Notes under the pieces: generated by a model
Told to the model about the DNA's origin: nothing
Database searches by the model: none
The model's input: the letters and a program-made list of their open reading frames with translations, nothing else
Shown: one piece after another, positions 48,000 through 54,645 of the stretch
Layout of the letters: every line of letters begins with the position of its first letter
Numbering within the stretch: position 1 is the first letter of the stretch
Made by a program: the position numbers and the translations under genes
Assembly: GCF_001194135.2 (NCBI RefSeq)
Contig: NC_068984.1
Location: 42,977,576 to 43,032,220, forward strand
DNA length: 54,645 bases
Direction of reading: 5' to 3'
Origin: Octopus bimaculoides
Lineage: Eukaryota

Positions 48000-48340
48000 A
48001 TATCAGGTATAAAAGAGGTTTCAGATCATCAGTGTCCGGAAAATCAGTGATGCACCTATATATATTTATATACAACCCGTATCATAAAAGTTTCAATATT
48101 GATCGACACACGGTTAAACTGGCATACTCTACTATGTCTAATGCTGCTGAATATATTGCAAGATTTAACCGTAGTAACTTAACCTGTGCAGCTTATAATA
48201 CAACAACTGACCGTCTATCTAATCCTGTAATTTATAGCCGTCTAAACAACTTCAATACAACATCTACTGCAAAAAATCAACATATTGTTGTATCCAATAC
48301 CAATAATAGTACTATTAATAATAGTGAGCTGAACCCATAC
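48000..48340 (+). mobile_element. Penelope-like element fragment (RT thumb / pre-GIY-YIG linker)
   Basis: YHKSFNIDRHTVKLAYSTMSNAAEYIARFNRSNL resembles the PLE block HK.FNR.TVK.SYS.M.N...II..N. Confidence 0.65.
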
Positions 48341-50381
48341 CCACTAATAACCAAGCTAACCTTGATTTATAGCATAATGGACCGGCTACATGTTTATATC
48401 TATATACTTCTATATGAATCCATATACATATTTGTTATATCNNNNNNNNNNAACCTTGATTTATAGCATAATGGACCGGCTACATGTTTATATCTATATA
48501 CTTCTATATGAATCCATATACATATTTGTTATATCTATGTGTACAGGTATGTAAGTCTATACCCATGCGTATATATGTATATACACACACATATATATAT
48601 ATATATATATGTATACATGCACGTATATGTATCCATATCTGTTTAAGTGTATGGATATATTTAAGTCTGTATATTAAATAGGCATGTGTGCATGTCTGTT
48701 TGCATTTATATTGATCTGTGTGTTTAGGTTTTATATGTAAAATCTATACATATCTGTGTATGTGTGCGAGCGCGCGTATATGTATGTATATATTCATATA
48801 TATCTATAGATCTGTATTTATATTCTATCTGTGTGGGAGCGATGCCTATATGTATGTATATATTCACATATATCTATAAATCCGTATTTATACTGTATGT
48901 GTGTGTGTGTCTTTATGTGTACTTATGTATGTGTATAAGTGTATATAAGTCTATACTTGCATATATGCGTATTCGTGTGTTGAATGCGCCTACATAGCTA
49001 TCTGCATAGGATTTACCATATACACACGTGTTTGTATCTGTACGTGAATGTATGCGCATATATGTATACCTATCTCTATGTATGTGTATATATACGCCTC
49101 GAAAAAGTAAGATTATAAGACATCCAGGGTGTGACAGCTAGTTGGAGAGGGCGATGCAGCAGTACATGCCTGGCACTCATTTTTAGCTGAATAGACTGGA
49201 GCAACAAAGTGCATTCCTAAGAGAGCGAGAAACTCGGTCCAGGTACCCAAGAATGCTCGCCCTTATACTCATGAACCCAAAATTGCACTGTCTAATATTC
49301 TCATTTACTTTAACAATATCACGAAGTAGAACGACTAGATGCCATAGTATAAAGTGTCAAAACCAATGTTTCTGAGCACAAATCAATAATTAAGAATAAT
49401 TTTATATAGTCAAATATTCTTTAAAAAACAATCAAGCAACTAAATTTTGTGCTTTATGAAAGTGTAAATATGAAAATCGTTTCTGATCTCTCGATGCAAA
49501 ACGATCATCAAGTATCTTCAATCATAATCGAGACGACCATAGCTTGGTGAGTAAAATTAAATAAACAGAAACTCTACAGAAGCCTGTTGGAAGGAATGTA
49601 TTTGTTCTCAGGTCGTATACTTAACACCCCACCATTTAGCCTCCTGATGGCTTTAGAGAAGCATAATATGCGACAAACATTTTTGATACGATTTTTTTTT
49701 TATTTGAAGACAATGCAATAACTTGATGTGCTGTTTTCTACTTTAAGGACGTATAAATAGTGGTGGGGCGTTTTTCCCTTCCCCCTACTATTCTTGGTAG
49801 TGATAAGCACTCCCCCTTATCGTTTGACTGAATCTTAAGAAAATTTAAGACAGTAATTAAAAGTAAAGGATTTGAACACGTATAAATAGTAAAACTATGA
49901 TTTTTCATATAATAATTTATTCGAGAACCTTAATTATCAGGTATAGTAACGGAAATGTTGAAGTTCTGAACAAATTATCTAACGGCATATTGTTCTCTCC
50001 TTTTACATTCAGGGTGACAAATATTGCTACAACAAAATTTGACATATATTTCTTCTGAATTTAGATAAATTATGTACGAATATACTGATTTGATGCAATC
50101 GTCTAGACATTTTGGAAAAATTTTGTCATATACTAATATCTCAAAAAAATATATAAACTTAATTTTCTGATCTTGAATCCGTGTAATTTGGTTTCATATT
50201 GTCTCGATCATAGCTTTTATAGCCTCAACATTTTGCTTGAGAGAAATTTTGATATTAGTATTTAATGCGTTTAACGTTCTTTTATAAAATAAGACAGTAA
50301 TTTGATAGCTTTTCGCATTACCACGGAACATTTAATTTCATTTGAAATTTTACAAAAGTCAAAAGACTTTCATACTAGCAT

Positions 50382-50412
50382 TTTATTATCATTATTATCA
50401 TTATTATTATTA

Positions 50413-50457
<45 letters not shown>
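50382..50457. repeat. (ATT)n microsatellite
   Basis: Direct reading. Confidence 0.97.
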
Positions 50458-50458
<1 letters not shown>

Positions 50459-51409
50459 GAGGTATATTTTCATTTCGGGAAATACAATTTCCGTTATAGT
50501 CTAAATCCTATACATATGTAAAACTGAAAATAAACAGAATTTGATACCAATCTTATTTTCAATTCCTATTATTAACGAAACTGATATACCTAGTTATAGT
50601 TAACTGCCTAGTATGCGCGTATGTATGTATGTATGTATGTATGTATGTATGTATGTATGGACGGATGGATGGATGCATGGATGGATGCATGCATGCATGC
50701 ATTCATGTATGTATTTATTTGTGTGTGCGTGTGTGTGTGTTCGCGCGCGTGTAAAGAACACACTGGCAGTAACTTCAAAGTTTCGCTAATGTTTATTTCG
50801 TCAGATAGTAAATACTGTCATTGTAGATACCAGTTATATTCTTAATTCTCGGATGTGGAGTACAGGGAGTTTCTTGTCGGCGAGTTAATTGAATAAAATG
50901 GTAGTAATAGTTGCTGGGGTGAAAATTTAAGCTATAAAATATTTTTTTATTGTTTATTAATTCTGAATAGTTTATGTAAGAAAAAAAATGGTATATGTAT
51001 GAGGAAAAGAAATTTGGGTTAAGGGTATTGGGAGTACAGGTTAAACCAAGGTAAAGTAGTTTAAATGGGGTTCGTCGTTGTTTTGATTTCCTCGGTATTA
51101 GCCGAAATCACTGATGCTTGGAGTTGGACTTATAAAGAACTGAAGCGGGTGTCTTTATATGAAGAATCATTAATGTACATAATAGTTTGCGAGACGCTTA
51201 CTAGCACAAAGATTTACAAAGAACGGTTATACATGCTCCAAAGTTGATATACTTGTAAAATATAGACAAACATATTATACATACACACACAAATATCTCC
51301 CCAACCTTGAATCTAGGTTAGAAACCGACTCTTTCTCTATTGGCAAGAAATTTTGAAATAAAATTGAACAATGACATACATACGTACGTACGTGTATGTA
51401 TGGGCACAG

Positions 51410-51790
51410 ACATGGCAGTGTGGTAAGAAGTTTGCTTCCAACCACGTGAATCCGGGTTTATTCCCATTGCGTAGAATCTTGGCCAAGGGCAAATGTCTTC
51501 TTCTACAGCACCAGGCCGACTATCAAAGTCTTGTTAGAGGACTTGGTTGACGGAAACTGAAAGAAGCTCATCGTGTGTGTGTGTTTGTGTGTGTGTATGT
51601 GTGCATGCGCGTGTGTGTGTGCATCCGTGTCTTTGTATTTATATTTGTTCTGTAAAATAGCGGTTCGGCAAAAGAAACTAATAGAATAAATACCAGGATT
51701 TAAAAAGTGCTTAACTTGGTTCATTTGTTTAAAACCCTTCAAAGCGGTACTCCAGCATGGCTGCAGTCCAATAACTGAAACAAATAAGAG
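51410..51790 (+). mobile_element. SINE family B
   Basis: TGGCAGTGTGGTAAGAAGTTTGCTTCCAACCAC..GACGGAAACTGAAAGAAGC-(TG)n-..GCGGTTCGGCAAAAG..GCGGTACTCCAGCATGGCTGCAGTC. Confidence 0.88.
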
Positions 51791-51793
51791 ATA

Positions 51794-51909
<116 letters not shown>

Positions 51910-51944
51910 ACAATTCTCTCAGGAATGCCTCAGCATAAACGAAG

Positions 51945-54098
51945 ACGAGTAGAATTTCTACTTGACTTCTCTAATATAATGTTCATAGAGCTAATAATAC
52001 TCAATCCAACCAAACCAAGAATATTCTAGATCCCTAATTCACTTATCCATAATGTGAAGATGACTCCGAATATTGTCTCAAATCACAACATACTACACCT
52101 CAAAATGTGTGATCCAAAAGAGACTGTCGAGATGCATTCTAAAAGAGGCCCTAGAACTTTATCTGGCCTGAAATTCACAAAGTCAACTGGAAATTGATTC
52201 TCAAGATCTTCAACCTTAGCTCGAACACTTTCTCATGTTTACAAGACAATGAAATAAAATTTAGGCAGTTTATAAGAGAGGGAGAACAAAAAGGCTCAAA
52301 TTGCTTAAATAAATAACTCAAGGACAGTGAAAATCCCTTTTAAAAGGACACTCCTGGAAATTGAAAACGCAATCAGCCACTCCCACAAAAGGAGAAAGAA
52401 CAGAAAGAGAAACCATAGCTGTAGAGAGTAAGAAAACAGACCCTAATACTTTGTCAGAATTTGCAAAATAATCATCTTCAGTACAATGCAAAATACAACT
52501 TATGCTCCTAAGAAATGACTCTCTAATTGCTGGATAAATAGAATACTAAATGAACAGTTCGAACGTGTTTTCGCACCCCTCACGGGACACCAGCAAATAT
52601 GCTGGAGGAGTTCTTTGAGCGGCAATTGGTACAAAGGAGAAATATGTAATATATCATTTTCTTCTTTTTACTTTCTGAATTAGTAAGTAGGAAATGCGTC
52701 CTTGATCATTGCAGGCTTTCCGCAACAGGTGATTCTGATGTCGTTAGTGTTGCAGGTTAACACCTGTAGGAAAGACAAGCAAACAGAAGATTCAAGCAGA
52801 AGATTCCAGTGGACCAATATTCTGGGAAGGAAGAATGAGACATTTTGATTAATGAGAAGCCAGGGGTGAAACGAGGTTAAAAACCGAGTGGATCGAGGGG
52901 CGCTGAGTGATTAAGTATGAGACCAATCAGTCTCGATGAACTGATGAAATAAGCTTAAATTAAGTAAGGGCCCAGATGGATTCGGGACAATTCTCTTTAA
53001 AAATATGTCGTCAGGCTTTAGCAAAACCCCTCAGATACTTTTCCAAAGCTTGCTAGCAATTTGTAACTACCCAAGAAGTTAAAAGAAGATATATCGTATC
53101 TGTAAAAGAATATGTAGAGCTAATGGTAATAATTACAGGCCTGTCTATCTGACTTTATATACAAACAAAGTTATGGAACGAATTGTCAGAAGTAAAGTGA
53201 TCACGTTCTTGAAAGAAAATATCTAGTTAATTAACATTCAGCACAACTTCTGTCAAAGAAGAGGTTGTCTCACTCAGCTCCTACAGCATTACGAATGAGT
53301 ATTGAAATAGCTGCTCAACCATTCAACTATCAGCTGTAGATGTGACATATCTCGACTTCACGAATATTTTCCATTAAGTTGATCATGAATTAGTGAATTT
53401 GCATGCTCTCGGCATAGCTGGAAATCTGAAAGGACTACATTACTTTCTAAGATGTAGATTTCAAGTTGTTGAGACTAACAGCACTCTCCAAAAGGAAATA
53501 TTTATTCTGAGTAGAGTGCCACTCTTGGACGCCATCACATGTTTTGAGTGGATCTTTTATGGCTTCAGTTTTACATCCAGCCATTTTCACTAGTTATATT
53601 AATGATATGAATGCATCGCAAGCAATTAGAAATCCCGATGATGTAAAAAGAAATTACAGTAGAACTTACAGTATAAAGCAATTTGTTGCTGAAAATTTTC
53701 ATGTGGTCTTCTATCAACTCGCGAACGCGTAGCAGTCAGAATATAGAGGGCCAAAAGGAATTACAAATAATCCTTGAGACCGAATCACTATTTATGTCCT
53801 GAAGTCAAAATGCATAAATCATCGTTTCATGACCATATTATTCAGACGGCAGCAATGTGCAGGAGATTAACAAGAAGAATTCTGAGATAATTCGGAACGA
53901 GTTAACAAGCAAATATGTTGATTCTTTGGAGTACATTTGTTTACGGATGTTTGGAATATTGCTCCCTACTATGTTGACCACATAGTATTTAAGTAACTAC
54001 GGAACTCTGCTACACAAAACCTTGCCTCAGTGCAACAGATGAGCTATTAGGAGAGGTTAAAAGAACTAAGAATACATCCTTCGAGGCGAAGAGGGAAT
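51945..54098 (+). mobile_element. CR1-type LINE ORF2 relic (APE end, linker, RT, C-terminus), many stops, ~270-bp interruption
   Basis: Motifs in order: IILNPTK (EPTR), ILNEQFERVF, GPDG, NYRPV.LT, QH.F, DVTYLDFT, YINDM..NPDDVK (YADD-equivalent), ERLKELRI..SRRRG (ERLKEL.LYSLERRR). Confidence 0.9.
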
Positions 54099-54645
54099 AT
54101 ATATATATATATATATATATATAATAAAAGGGTAAAATTAATTAATTAATAATTTTACCAAGTAGTTCGGTACATTAAAATAAACTTTCTAGGTAAAATT
54201 ATACAAATATTCTATAATTATAAATATAATTATAATCAGGGGTCAGCTAATTGCTTCACTTCGCACCGAATTGAGAAATAGGAGCTAAAATGCCTTTTCT
54301 GCTACCATGAAGATCTCTCAGACAGTAACACACTTTATATACATAAGCAAAAAGAAATGATAACGAATCCACACGACTCAGATTAGCTACATACGCGTTT
54401 CGAGATTCAAGTAAAGTAATATTTACTTACTTATTTCCCATCTTCAGTGCAGCATTTAGAGATATAAATTTGAGAGTGTTAGAATTAAATACGTACGCGA
54501 TCAAGCGTCATCGCATAACCGATATTCAACCAATACTTTCAAAAATATACACGTACTTATCCTCAATACCCACCGCCTTCGCCTATACAACCACGCGTCT
54601 ATCACAACCATGCCTACACCTATATATATATATATATATATATAT

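Noticed and set aside
48358-48535. Exact 84-bp direct repeat
   Set aside because: The two copies flank a 10-N placeholder gap, the signature of an unmerged contig overlap (assembly artefact).
50830-51250. Possible additional Penelope remnant on the minus strand
   Set aside because: Only vague similarity. No motif was strong enough to support a feature call.
52908-52950. Hammerhead-like hairpin ATGAGAC-CAATCA-GTCTC
   Set aside because: It lacks both the CUGA start and the GAAA core in the right positions.

Overview
This is AT-rich eukaryotic DNA that is dense in repeats. The SINE families, the very high microsatellite load and the N-gaps flanked by microsatellites suggest a coleoid cephalopod, probably an octopus short-read assembly. 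That assignment is an inference from recognition, not a database result. I find no intact host protein-coding gene, tRNA/rRNA gene, CRISPR array or prokaryotic system. Most ORFs in the supplied track are translated microsatellites or run through N-gaps. What the sequence does support: (i) at least 7 fragments of R4/Dong-clade (REL-endonuclease) non-LTR retrotransposons, several embedded in or stacked at TAA-type microsatellites; (ii) Penelope-like element (PLE) relics, including a ~330-bp inverted duplication with a degenerate hammerhead ribozyme in its spacer; (iii) CR1/L2-type LINE relics; (iv) Tc1/mariner elements, namely an internally deleted DD37D/maT element with TIRs and TA TSD, two mariner transposase fragments and a MITE; (v) a piggyBac-type MITE; (vi) about 20 copies of four SINE-like families; (vii) an unexplained, locally amplified module of ~0.4-1 kb, present as three tandem copies about 2.3-2.4 kb apart plus one inverted copy. 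In two copies the module is followed by a TATA / ATG / phase-1 donor arrangement, which encodes a signal-peptide-like stretch in one of them. No previously undescribed system is demonstrated. The local module is the best lead, followed by the microsatellite-associated R4/Dong stacks and the PLE-hammerhead palindrome. Coordinates of degenerate repeats are approximate (about +/-30 bp).
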